From: Candidatus Dormibacteria bacterium
GTDB lineage: Bacteria > Chloroflexota > Dormibacteria > Aeolococcales > Aeolococcaceae
Length of the DNA stretch: 64,000 nt
Reading direction: 5' to 3'
Assembly (NCBI GenBank): GCA_049511615.1
Contig: JBEKXW010000006.1
Location: 5,672 to 69,671, forward strand
This document shows, piece after piece, positions 1 to 8,506 of this stretch. Both the position numbers and the translations under genes were made by a program. How positions within the stretch are numbered: the first letter of the stretch is position 1; the number at the start of each line of letters is the position of its first letter. Under the pieces are notes generated by a model. It searched no databases. It was not told the origin of the DNA and worked only from the letters and a program-made list of their open reading frames with translations.

Positions 1-1011
1 GGCACGATCGACCTGGCTATCCCCAAGCTGCGGTCGGGCAGCTACTTCCCGGACTGGCTGCTGGAGCAGCGCCGCCGATCAGAGCGGGCCCTGGTGGCGG
101 TGGTGGCCGAGTGCTATGTCCGCGGGGTCTCCACCCGCCGCGTGGAGGGCCTGGTCCGGACCCTGGGCATCGAGCGGCTGAGCAAGTCCCGGGTCAGCGC
201 CATGGCCCAAGAACTCGATCCGATGGTGGCGAGCTTCCGCAACCGCCCCCTGGACCCCGCCGGCTACCCCTACCTCTGGGTCGACGCCCTGACTCAGCGG
301 GTCCGCGAGGACGGCCGCATCGTCAACGCCTGCGCCGTCATCGCCACCGGGGTGACCGCCGAGGGCAAGCCGGAGATCCTCGGCGTCGACGTGGTCAGCG
401 CCGAGGACGGAGCCGCCTGGACGGCCTTCCTGCGGGGCCTGGTGGCCCGGGGGCTGCGTGGGGTCCGGCTGGTGATCTCCGACGCCCACGAGGGGCTCAA
501 GAACGCCATCGCCGCCGTGCTCGACGGCGCCAGCTGGCAGCGGTGCCGAACACACTTCATGCGCAACCTGCTCAGCCGGGTGCCCAGATCCGCCCAGGCC
601 GTGGTGGCAACCCTGGTCCGCTCCACGTTCGCCCAGCCCGACGCCGCGTCGACCTGGGCCCAGCACGGCCGGATCGTGGAGCAGCTCCGCGAGCGCTTCC
701 CGCGGGCGGCCGATCTGCTCGAGGAGGCGACGCCCGACCTGCTCGCCTTCACCGCCTTCCCCAAAGAGCACTGGCGCCAGATCTGGTCCAACAACCCCCA
801 GGAGCGCCTCAACAAGGAGCTGCGCCGGCGGACCGACGTCGTCGGCATCTTCCCCAACCGCGACGCCGTCATCCGCCTGGTCGGGGCCGTGCTCGCCGAG
901 CAGAACGACGAGTGGGCGGTGGCCCGTCGCTACATGAGCGCGGAGTCGCTCACCAAGACCTACACCACCATCGACACGGAGGGCGTGCCCGCCATCACCG
1001 CAGCAGCGTGA
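1..1011 (+). mobile_element. IS256-family (mutator-type) transposase CDS, 5'-truncated by the window edge; the element probably ends near 1040-1075
   Basis: The 94..1011 ORF, and the in-frame translation back to nt 1, match IS256/IS1081-type transposases (…YVRGVSTRRVE…VISDAHEGLKNAI…CRTHFMRNLL…). A possible terminal inverted repeat, …cttacaccacttgacaagacac…, lies just after the stop. Confidence 0.85.
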
Positions 1012-1290
1012 ACGAGTCGAACGGCGCGCGGATGGCGTCGGTCCCTCTTACACCACTTGACAAGACACGGCCTCGTGCGTGAGATACGCCGATGTGAGAA
1101 GGCCTTCCCCAATGAGCTGGTCCGACTCCCGGAGTCCGTCCGACCTTCGAGCTGCGATCTTGAGGCCCGCGCGTTGCGCAGGCCCTGGTGGTCTCCTGCT
1201 GAGGTAGTATCCTGCGCGGCGTCTAGCCACGCAGAGGGAGGGTTGAGAGAGAGGAGGTAAACGCTCAAGAAAGTGCGCCACGCTGGCGTC

Positions 1291-1380
1291 GAGGGCCTCT
1301 CTGAATACGCGCACCGCCCGCGCGGTGGCGTCTTTCCTTCCAAGCTGGATGTCGCGGGTTCGAGCCCTGAGTGATCTCCA
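1291..1380 (+). other. degenerate tRNA-like element, copy 1 (T-loop hairpin GCGGG-TTCGAGC-CCTGA, 3' end …GTGATCTCCA); a possible att-site scar
   Basis: It has a T-arm-like hairpin and a CTCCA terminus. It shares the 10-mer CTGAATACGC and its overall layout with the element at 5698-5803. No full cloverleaf can be drawn. Confidence 0.3.
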
Positions 1381-1546
1381 GCCGCGCTTAGCGAAGCGCG
1401 CGAACGCGTCGAACGACCGGCTCGTCGCCTATCAGAGTGGCGAGAGAGTGGCGCCTTGCTCACACGCCAGCACAAAGGCTGAGCTCCTCTACGACCCTGC
1501 CGCTTGGGCACCCAGAGTGCTCATACAGGTGTCTATACTCCGCACC

Positions 1547-2683
1547 GTGGACCAGGGGCGTCGGGTCCGGTTTGTTCACAGTTCCGATTGGCAACTCGGA
1601 ATGCGCCCACATCTACTGGACGAGGGGCGGGCTGAGCTCTTCGGCCAGGCTCGGCTCGATGCGGTGCGCAAGCTAGGCCAGCTCGCTGCTCAGCGGGACT
1701 GTGAGTTTGTCGTGGTGGCCGGTGACGTCTTCGAGTCGAACCAGGTCGACCGCCGAACCATCGCTCAGGGTCTGGACGCAATGGCGTCAATCCCCGTCCC
1801 AACCTATCTCCTCCCCGGCAACCATGATCCGCTTGATCCCGGCTCGGTCTACCGCTCCGAAACGTTCCGCTCGCGCCGCCCTGCAAACGTGACGGTATTG
1901 GAACGGCCGGGCCTGGTCGAGGTTCGACCAGGTTTGGAGTTGGTCGCCGTGCCGTGGCCCTCCAAGCGACCACCCATCGACCTTGTGGCTCAGGCCTGCC
2001 GGCAACTCGTACCAGCTGGCCTCCGAATCCTGGTCGGTCACGGGGCCGTCAGTTCCTTCGAGGTCAGCCGCGATAATCCCGCGACAATCCAACTCGAGGC
2101 CCTGGAGGAGGCGGTTGCCTCTGGCCGTCTGCACTACGCCGCCCTGGGTGATTGCCATTCGGTGACTGAGGTCGTGACCCGCATCTGGTACTCAGGAAGC
2201 CCGGAGGCGACCGACTTCGGCGAGACGGACTCGGGGCGCGCTCTGGTGGTGGAACTGGACGAGCAGTCTTGCTCGGTGGAGCCCGTTCCCATCGGCACAT
2301 GGCGCTTCGTGCGCCAGGACTTCGACCTTTTCAGCGCGGAGGAACTGGGGAGACTGCGGGGATGGCTAGCTGGCCAGGCAGAGAAGGGGCGGACCGTCAT
2401 CCGGCTTGGCCTCCGGGGAACGCTCACACTTGGGCTCAAGGCTCAACTCGATCAACTCCTCGAAGAGCAACGGGAGCTCTTCGCCTCTATCGATTGGTGG
2501 GAAGCGGAATCTGACCTTGTCGTGTTGCCAGACGATGGCGATTTCGGGGGACTCCAGCTGTCCGGCTTCGCTGAGGAAGCCCGTAAGCGGCTGATGGCGG
2601 AGGCAAGACCAGGGGGAGTCGATGCAGAGTTGGCGCGAGAATCGCTCGCCTTGCTCTACCGTTTGGCCGGGACAGCGAGGTGA
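1547..2683 (+). CDS. calcineurin-like metallophosphoesterase, SbcD/Mre11 (YhaO-type) DNA repair exonuclease homolog; accessory paralog
   Basis: Phosphoesterase motifs are present: VRFVHSSDWQLG (the motif-I His is replaced by Gln), GDVFES, LPGNHDP, VGHG and GDCHS. A GTG start at 1547 is assumed inside ORF 1325..2683. The stop overlaps the downstream ATG (ATGA), so the two genes form an operon. Confidence 0.75.
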   Translation: MDQGRRVRFVHSSDWQLGMRPHLLDEGRAELFGQARLDAVRKLGQLAAQRDCEFVVVAGDVFESNQVDRRTIAQGLDAMASIPVPTYLLPGNHDPLDPGSVYRSETFRSRRPANVTVLERPGLVEVRPGLELVAVPWPSKRPPIDLVAQACRQLVPAGLRILVGHGAVSSFEVSRDNPATIQLEALEEAVASGRLHYAALGDCHSVTEVVTRIWYSGSPEATDFGETDSGRALVVELDEQSCSVEPVPIGTWRFVRQDFDLFSAEELGRLRGWLAGQAEKGRTVIRLGLRGTLTLGLKAQLDQLLEEQRELFASIDWWEAESDLVVLPDDGDFGGLQLSGFAEEARKRLMAEARPGGVDAELARESLALLYRLAGTAR

Positions 2684-5373
2684 GGCTCAAGCGCCTGAGA
2701 CTGGCGAACTTCAAGGACGTCGTCAGCCGAGAGATCGAGTTTCCTCCCTCCGGCGTCATTGTCATTCAGGGCCCCAACGAAGTGGGCAAGACCGCACTCC
2801 AAGAGGCGCTTGACCTGCTGCTTGAGGTCCACGCCGACAGCAACAAGACCCGGGTTAAGATCCAGCGACCAGCCGATCAGGATGCTGCGCCTGAAGTGGA
2901 GCTCGAGGCGGACTCCGGACCTTACTCCTTCACCTACTTCAAGCGTTTTGACACCCGTCGGCCAGAGACGCTGCTGCGCATCCGGCGGCCACACCCTGAG
3001 CAGCTGACTGGGCGCGAAGCGCACGAGCGGGTGGAGAGCATTCTTTCGGAGAGCCTCGACCTCGATCTCTGGAAGGCGGTCCGGGTGCAGCAGGGCGCGG
3101 CCATTGGTCAGGTCGCCCTGGCCGACTCGCGCTCACTGATGGCGGCTTTGGACGCCGCTGCAGGAACGGCCCCGGCCGGGCAAGGTGAATTGACGCTTTT
3201 CGGGCGCATCGAGCGAGAGGCGCTTCGCTACTTCACTCCCACGGGTCAGCCCGGCCAGGAGCTAGTGAAAGATCGACGGGAGATGACGAAGCTGGAGGAG
3301 CAGGTCGACGAGTTCACCGCGGAGCTGGGGAAGCTGCAGAAGACCATCGACCAGTTACAGTGGCTGGAAGGGCAACTCCGCGAGCTCGACGACCAAGTGG
3401 CCGAGGCCAAGCGAAACCGTACCCAGCGTGAGGCAGAGGTTCGGGAGCTTGAGAAGCTTGAGGCCGAGCTGGCGCGGCTCCGGGCCAATGCCGAAGCGGC
3501 GGCCGCCAAGGCAGAGCAGGCGAGAGACCGCCACCAAGCTCGGGAGCAATTGTCCGCGCGCCTACAGAGTATGGATAAGGCGGTTCAAGTCCTGGAACAG
3601 ACGCACATGAAGCTGAGGTCGAGTCTTGACGTTGCGGCCGCCGAGCAAGCCCACCAGGCACACGAAGCAGAGGCCGCTGCGGTCAGACGAGAGCAGGCCG
3701 AGCAGATCTACGAGCTGCGCCGCCAGGACTACGACTTCCGCCAGGATGAGCTGGGCCTGGTCCAGCTGCGCGAACGTCGCGAGCGAGTGGTGGATAGTCG
3801 AGAGAAGGTGATTCGAGCACGTGAGCTCATTGAGCGGATCAAGATCACGGAATCCGGGCTCAAGCGCATAGACGATCACCGCCTCACGCTGGAGCGGGCC
3901 CGCGCCGCGCTGGCGGCCGGTAGTCCTAACTTGCGATTCGAAGCTGAAGCTGAGCTCGGGCTCCAGGTCGACGGTGAGGTGGTTCCGTTGGCGCAAGGCC
4001 AAGTACTCGAGCGCACAGTGGCCGATCGGCTGGATCTTCACCTTCCGAGCCTGTTCAGGCTATCGGTCCGCTCAGGGACCAGCGTGGAGGCTCTGACGCA
4101 ACAGGTTCGCAATGCTGAAGCGCAACTCGCTCGTCTCTTCAAGAGCTACGGTGTGGTCGATCGAGAGGAAGCTGACCGGCAGCTGAAGAGCCGGGTAGAG
4201 GCGGAACGTACCGTCCACGAAGCCGAGGCTCGGCAGCGGCAGGACCTTCGCGATCTGACCCTTGAGGAAATGGCTGCGAAGATAGACGATCTGCAGCGGC
4301 GGACAGCCGCCTACTGTACAGCGCGTTCACCGCAACCGGAGATGGGGACCACGATCGAGCTATGTGAGGAGCTGCGCGGGACCGCTGAGTCCGATGCAAG
4401 CAGCACCAAGGCAGCCCATGAGGGGCTATTACACGGTTCCAAGATCGCAGATGATCGGGTTCAGGATCTCCGGCTCAAGGCGCAGGAGGCTAGCGCCCAA
4501 CTCAACCTCCAGACGGACAACCGCGCGGAGCTTGTCCATGAGCTCGCGCAGGCTCGGGCGTCTGCAGCTGACGAGGATCTAGCGCGAGAGCTCTTGGCGG
4601 CGACCGGGGAGGAGAGGGAGACCAAGGAGCTCTACGTGGCGGAGCAAGGGAAACTGGCGACCCTGGAGCCGGAGCGTCTCCGGACGCGAGCCGAGATCGC
4701 CGCGACCACCTACGACGGTCTAAACGGGCAGCGCAGCGGGCGCATCGAAGAGCGACTGCGCCTAGAAGCCGAGCTCGAGGTTCGAGGCCAGGAAGGGCTT
4801 GCGGAGTCTCAGGATGAGGCGATATCCAAGCGTGACCGAGGTCGACGCGATCTCGAGCTCTTGGAAAGAAGAGCGAGCGCAGCCAAACATCTGCTAGCTG
4901 TTATGCGGGCATGCCGTGAGGAGGCACGCCAGCGTCGCGAGGGCCCGTTGCGGGACCGGATCACCGAGCTCGGGCGCATCCTCTATGGAAGCAGCTTCAG
5001 CATCGAGTTAGACGAGAGGCTGGCCGTCAGTCGGCGCACCTTGAATAACATCACCCTCGATTTCGAACAGCTGAGCACAGGGGCACAGGAGCAACTCACC
5101 CTGATCGCGCGGTTGTCAGCGGGGATGCTGGTCGCCGGCACCGGCGAGGTGCCGATTATCCTCGACGACACTCTCGGCCACACGGACGAGGATCGGCTCG
5201 AATACATGTGCCACATCCTGAGTCTCGCAGGGCGACAGTGCCAGGTGATCGTGCTCACGTCGTACCCGAGACGCTATGCGTCCGTAAGCGGCGCGACGGT
5301 GATCAGTTTGGTGGGGGACACCGTTGCCAGGCTGTCTGGTGGGTCTATGGCGCCACCACCCGAGGTGTCGTGA
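2680..5373 (+). CDS. SbcC/Rad50-like (YhaN-type) AAA/ABC ATPase with a long coiled coil
   Basis: N-terminal Walker A GPNEVGKT; Glu/Ala/Arg/Leu-rich coiled-coil middle; C-terminal ABC signature LSTGAQEQ and Walker B IILDD. Translationally coupled to the upstream nuclease. Confidence 0.75.
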   Translation: MRLKRLRLANFKDVVSREIEFPPSGVIVIQGPNEVGKTALQEALDLLLEVHADSNKTRVKIQRPADQDAAPEVELEADSGPYSFTYFKRFDTRRPETLLRIRRPHPEQLTGREAHERVESILSESLDLDLWKAVRVQQGAAIGQVALADSRSLMAALDAAAGTAPAGQGELTLFGRIEREALRYFTPTGQPGQELVKDRREMTKLEEQVDEFTAELGKLQKTIDQLQWLEGQLRELDDQVAEAKRNRTQREAEVRELEKLEAELARLRANAEAAAAKAEQARDRHQAREQLSARLQSMDKAVQVLEQTHMKLRSSLDVAAAEQAHQAHEAEAAAVRREQAEQIYELRRQDYDFRQDELGLVQLRERRERVVDSREKVIRARELIERIKITESGLKRIDDHRLTLERARAALAAGSPNLRFEAEAELGLQVDGEVVPLAQGQVLERTVADRLDLHLPSLFRLSVRSGTSVEALTQQVRNAEAQLARLFKSYGVVDREEADRQLKSRVEAERTVHEAEARQRQDLRDLTLEEMAAKIDDLQRRTAAYCTARSPQPEMGTTIELCEELRGTAESDASSTKAAHEGLLHGSKIADDRVQDLRLKAQEASAQLNLQTDNRAELVHELAQARASAADEDLARELLAATGEERETKELYVAEQGKLATLEPERLRTRAEIAATTYDGLNGQRSGRIEERLRLEAELEVRGQEGLAESQDEAISKRDRGRRDLELLERRASAAKHLLAVMRACREEARQRREGPLRDRITELGRILYGSSFSIELDERLAVSRRTLNNITLDFEQLSTGAQEQLTLIARLSAGMLVAGTGEVPIILDDTLGHTDEDRLEYMCHILSLAGRQCQVIVLTSYPRRYASVSGATVISLVGDTVARLSGGSMAPPPEVS

Positions 5374-5697
5374 GCGCGTCCGGAAGTGTGACCACCTGGA
5401 GTTCGATTCCCTTTCCGGCTGCCGTCGAGCGCCTCATTGCTTCTGGACGCTCGCCGGACGCTTGAAGCAAGTGCCGGTCATAGGCACACTTTGTGAAGCA
5501 GATGCACTAGGCGAATTCGGGATGGCCTATGCGAACGACGAAAGTCGAAGGCGCTTGCTTTGGGAGCAAGAGGACCCCGGTTCGATCCGGGTGCCCAGAT
5601 CACCCGTCACGGACCCTGAAGCCGCCGACCAGCGCGCACGCTGTACCCCTTAACGTACCCCTACAGGAGCGGCACCCCCTATCACAGGGCGGCATGG

Positions 5698-5803
5698 AGG
5701 CCCGACGGCTGAATACGCAGCTGCACTAGAGAGCACCATAAATGACGCGTTCGGGGGTTTCGTAAACCGCTGGCCGGGAGTTCGAATCTCCCCGTCGGCT
5801 CCA
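5698..5803 (+). other. tRNA-like element, copy 2. A canonical tRNA 3' end lies at 5776-5803 (T-arm GGGAG-TTCGAAT-CTCCC, acceptor 3' strand CGTCGGC, discriminator U, CCA); the 5' region pairs with it only through a bulge
   Basis: The T-arm, acceptor and CCA geometry is perfect, but no canonical D or anticodon arms are found. The upstream GCCCGACG can pair with CGTCGGC if one C bulges out. It shares CTGAATACGC with the element at 1291-1380. Confidence 0.45.
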
Positions 5804-5814
5804 GGTTCTGTGGA

Positions 5815-6747
5815 GTGATTCGGGGGCTTGACGTTCTGGCTTCGCCAGAAGCACCTCGGTGCCGTCAGAATCTCGCTGTGCGTGTGGCGGTGACAGGGGG
5901 CAGCGGTAAGCTCGGTCGCGCCTGCGTGCGCGACCTGGTGGAGCACGCCCACACGGTCGTCAACGTCGACCTGGCCCCGCCACGTGAGAAGCTCTGCCCC
6001 CACGTCGCGGCCGACCTTACGGACATGGGCCAGGCTCTCGAGGTCCTCTCCCGGGTCGACGATCGCCACCAGGGCGTCGACGCCGTCGTCCATCTCGCGG
6101 CGGTCCCCGCGCCGGGGCTGCGTCCCAACGCAGCCCTGTTCCAGAACAACATCCTGAGCACCTTCAACGTCTTCGAGGCGGCGCGCCATCTGCACATCCG
6201 CAACGTGGTGTGGGCGTCCAGCGAGACCGTTCTGGGCCTCCCCTTCGACCTCCCTCCGCCGTACATCCCCGTCGACGAGGAGTACCCGGGCAGGCCGCAG
6301 AGCGCCTACTCGCTCTCCAAGCTGATGGGCGAGGAGATGGCCAAGCAGTTCTGCCGCTGGGACCCCCAGGCGAAGATCATCGGGCTGCGATTCTCCAATG
6401 TCATGGAGCCCGCCGACTACGCCGAGTTCCCCGGCTTCGATGCCGATCCGGCCCGGCGCAGGTGGAACCTGTGGGGATACATCGACGCCCGCGACGGCGC
6501 CCGGGCGATTCGCAGGTCGCTGGAGGCCCCGATCACCGGGGCTGAGGTCTTCATCATCGCCAACGCCGACACGGTGATGAGCACATCGAACCGAGAGCTG
6601 GTTGCCCGCTTCTTCCCGGGCGTCCCCTTCGACGAGCGCGCGGGGGAGAATCAGACCCTGCTCTCCATCGACAAGGCGCGACGTGTCCTCGGCTACGAGC
6701 CCCGCTTCAGCTGGCGGCGGGAGGCCGAGCCTGCCCGCGCGGACTGA
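5815..6747 (+). CDS. NAD-dependent epimerase/dehydratase family protein (SDR)
   Basis: Rossmann motif VAVTGGSGKLG; catalytic YSLSK (YxxxK). The start could instead be the GTG at 5878 (VRVAVTGG). Confidence 0.8.
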   Translation: MIRGLDVLASPEAPRCRQNLAVRVAVTGGSGKLGRACVRDLVEHAHTVVNVDLAPPREKLCPHVAADLTDMGQALEVLSRVDDRHQGVDAVVHLAAVPAPGLRPNAALFQNNILSTFNVFEAARHLHIRNVVWASSETVLGLPFDLPPPYIPVDEEYPGRPQSAYSLSKLMGEEMAKQFCRWDPQAKIIGLRFSNVMEPADYAEFPGFDADPARRRWNLWGYIDARDGARAIRRSLEAPITGAEVFIIANADTVMSTSNRELVARFFPGVPFDERAGENQTLLSIDKARRVLGYEPRFSWRREAEPARAD

Positions 6748-6771
6748 CCCGCCTCGATGCGACCACGAGGG

Positions 6772-7878
6772 TCAGCCTCCGGTGGCGACCCAGCTCAGCG
6801 GTCCGTGGACGACGGTCCCGGCGAACTGGCCGCCGGTGACGTTGAACACCGGCTGCACGCCCCAGCCGGCGACGTCTCCACCGGTCGAGAACATGTAGGT
6901 CTGGTTGGCGGCCGTCCAGTTGATCCCGACTGTCGTGCTGCCCGGCGGGAGGGTCGCGATGGCCGTGGGCTGCGGCGCCGTGCTCGCCCCTGAGAACTGG
7001 AATTGGTAGAGGGTGTAGCCGCTCAACTGCCACTGACTGGGATCCAGCTGCGGTGGCAGCCAGCTCAGGATGGGGCGGCCGTCCGCTCCCCAGGCGAGGC
7101 GCAGGTCGCCGGCCGCCGGCTTCTCGGGCGGCGCCACCGAGGCCCCGGCCCCGCCCAGAGGCACCCCTCCCGGGGCCGCGCCGATGAAAGGGGGAAGGCC
7201 GGGCTGGGGGATGCCCGGGCCCTGCAGGCCCGCAACCGGAGCCGGTGCGACGGGAATGCCCGGGCCCTGCAGGCCGCTCGGCGCTGCCGCCGCGGTCCAG
7301 CCGGTACCCTGTCCCACCTGCGCCCCGGCGGTCCGTCGCCTGCTCGCCCGCACCGCCAGCGTCAGGCCGCCGGCGACGACCACCGCCGCCCCACCGGCGA
7401 TCGCCAGGGAGAGGGGCGTCGGACCACCGGAGCCCGCGCTGCCCGCGGCGCTGCAGGTGGTGACAGCCCCTGCCTGAGTCTCGTACCAGGAGTCCAGCTC
7501 GGTCACGAAGATGGTCCCGTAGCTGCGTTCGAAGGCGGAGGTCTTGGCAACCAGTCCGTCCAGCTGCGACAGGTCGCCGGAGCTGAGGCAGCCCTCGGTC
7601 TGGGCCCGATCGAGGAGGTCCATCACCTGGTTGTACTCGGAGCAGTAGGCCAGGGCCTGGGGAAGGAGCTGCTGCGCCTGAGCGGACGAGTTGGAGCTGA
7701 CGAAGGTGCCGGCGGTGCAGGGGAGGAGGGGGTAGCTGCCGGCGAAGGCTTGGATTGAGCCCCAGGCAGCCAGGGCGGTCAGCGCCAACCCCACGGCCAG
7801 CAGCCGCCGGACCGATGGGCAAGGTTGGGTGCTCCGCTGCCACCTCCCGGCCGCCCCAGAGGGAAGCTGAGCATCCAT
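6772..7878 (-). CDS. cell-surface or membrane-anchored protein with a Pro/Gly-rich tandem repeat
   Basis: Signal-peptide-like N-terminus (LLAVGLALTALAAWG), an internal transmembrane segment followed by RRR, the repeat LQGPGIP(V/Q)…, and a Thr/Gly-rich C-terminal domain. The overlapping 6707..7843 ORF is judged spurious. Confidence 0.55.
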   Translation of the reverse strand: MDAQLPSGAAGRWQRSTQPCPSVRRLLAVGLALTALAAWGSIQAFAGSYPLLPCTAGTFVSSNSSAQAQQLLPQALAYCSEYNQVMDLLDRAQTEGCLSSGDLSQLDGLVAKTSAFERSYGTIFVTELDSWYETQAGAVTTCSAAGSAGSGGPTPLSLAIAGGAAVVVAGGLTLAVRASRRRTAGAQVGQGTGWTAAAAPSGLQGPGIPVAPAPVAGLQGPGIPQPGLPPFIGAAPGGVPLGGAGASVAPPEKPAAGDLRLAWGADGRPILSWLPPQLDPSQWQLSGYTLYQFQFSGASTAPQPTAIATLPPGSTTVGINWTAANQTYMFSTGGDVAGWGVQPVFNVTGGQFAGTVVHGPLSWVATGG

Positions 7879-8018
7879 GCTTCGACCGTCAGGGTACTCC
7901 CGGACTCGGCCATCGAACCGCCTGATCTGGAGTTCGAGTCTCCGGTCGTCTCGACACTCCGGATACCGATGTTGCAGGGAACCCTGGCCTCACCGCCCTG
8001 TCCGGCGTCTTCGTGCCG

Positions 8019-8402
8019 CTACTGGTAGATGAACTGATCCCCCCTCCACGTGGTGGACGTCCCCGTCGCAGTGGTCACCGTGACGTCCACCGTCCCGGTG
8101 CCAGGCGGGCTCTGCGCACTGATATCGCCGTCGGAGCTGACGGAGAAGGAGGCGGCCGGCACCCCGCCGAAGCTGACTCCTGTGGCGTCGGTGAAGCCGG
8201 CCCCGCTGATGGTGACCGAGGTGCCCCCAGCCTCGAGCCCGACACTTGGCGCGATCCCGCTCACCGCCGGGAACACGCGCTGGTCTCCACGCGAAGTCGC
8301 TGACTCCGTGTTCGTGATCCGGTGAACATGAGGAGATCCAGGAGCTCGAGCGCCCTGCTCACGCGGCCCTACGGGCGCGCTGCACCACGTCGACGAGCGC
8401 AT
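8019..8402 (-). CDS. IPT/TIG-domain protein (small surface protein); start uncertain
   Basis: IPT-like pattern P.VG…GGT.VTI.G.GF…V.FGG..A..F.V.SD..I…P.G.GTVDVTV. Confidence 0.45.
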   Translation of the reverse strand: MRSSTWCSAPVGPREQGARAPGSPHVHRITNTESATSRGDQRVFPAVSGIAPSVGLEAGGTSVTISGAGFTDATGVSFGGVPAASFSVSSDGDISAQSPPGTGTVDVTVTTATGTSTTWRGDQFIYQ

Positions 8403-8506
8403 CCGCGCACTTCCCGGATGATCACGAGGCGCGTCCAGCGGGCAGTATCGATCTGCAGACGGCGATCCCCGTCGCCGCCTACATCACGACCATCGGCGGA
8501 GAGCGC

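Noticed and set aside
5423-5598. Additional tRNA genes at the TTCGA-loop hairpins GGAGTTCGATTCC and CCGGTTCGATCCGG
   Set aside because: The stems do not give a G53:C61-closed 5-bp T-stem with an adjacent 7-nt acceptor strand, and no cloverleaf can be drawn. They are noted only as possible decayed att/tRNA fragments.
5324-5653. 109-aa + strand ORF in the spacer after the SbcC-like gene
   Set aside because: It overlaps the T-loop-like hairpins and the low-GC junction. It has no ribosome-binding site or recognisable domain, so it is more likely non-coding scar sequence.
5380-5806. Full-length tmRNA (ssrA) gene on the + strand, suggested by the tRNA-like 3' end and a Mycobacterium-like CGGCTCCA terminus
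   Set aside because: No 5' GGGGCUG/GGAGCCG partner for the acceptor stem within 300-420 nt upstream. No resume-codon plus tag ORF ending in ALAA/LAA in any frame (the best frame gives …ANDESRRRLLWEQ… with no nearby stop). It is kept only as a possible ssrA-derived att scar.
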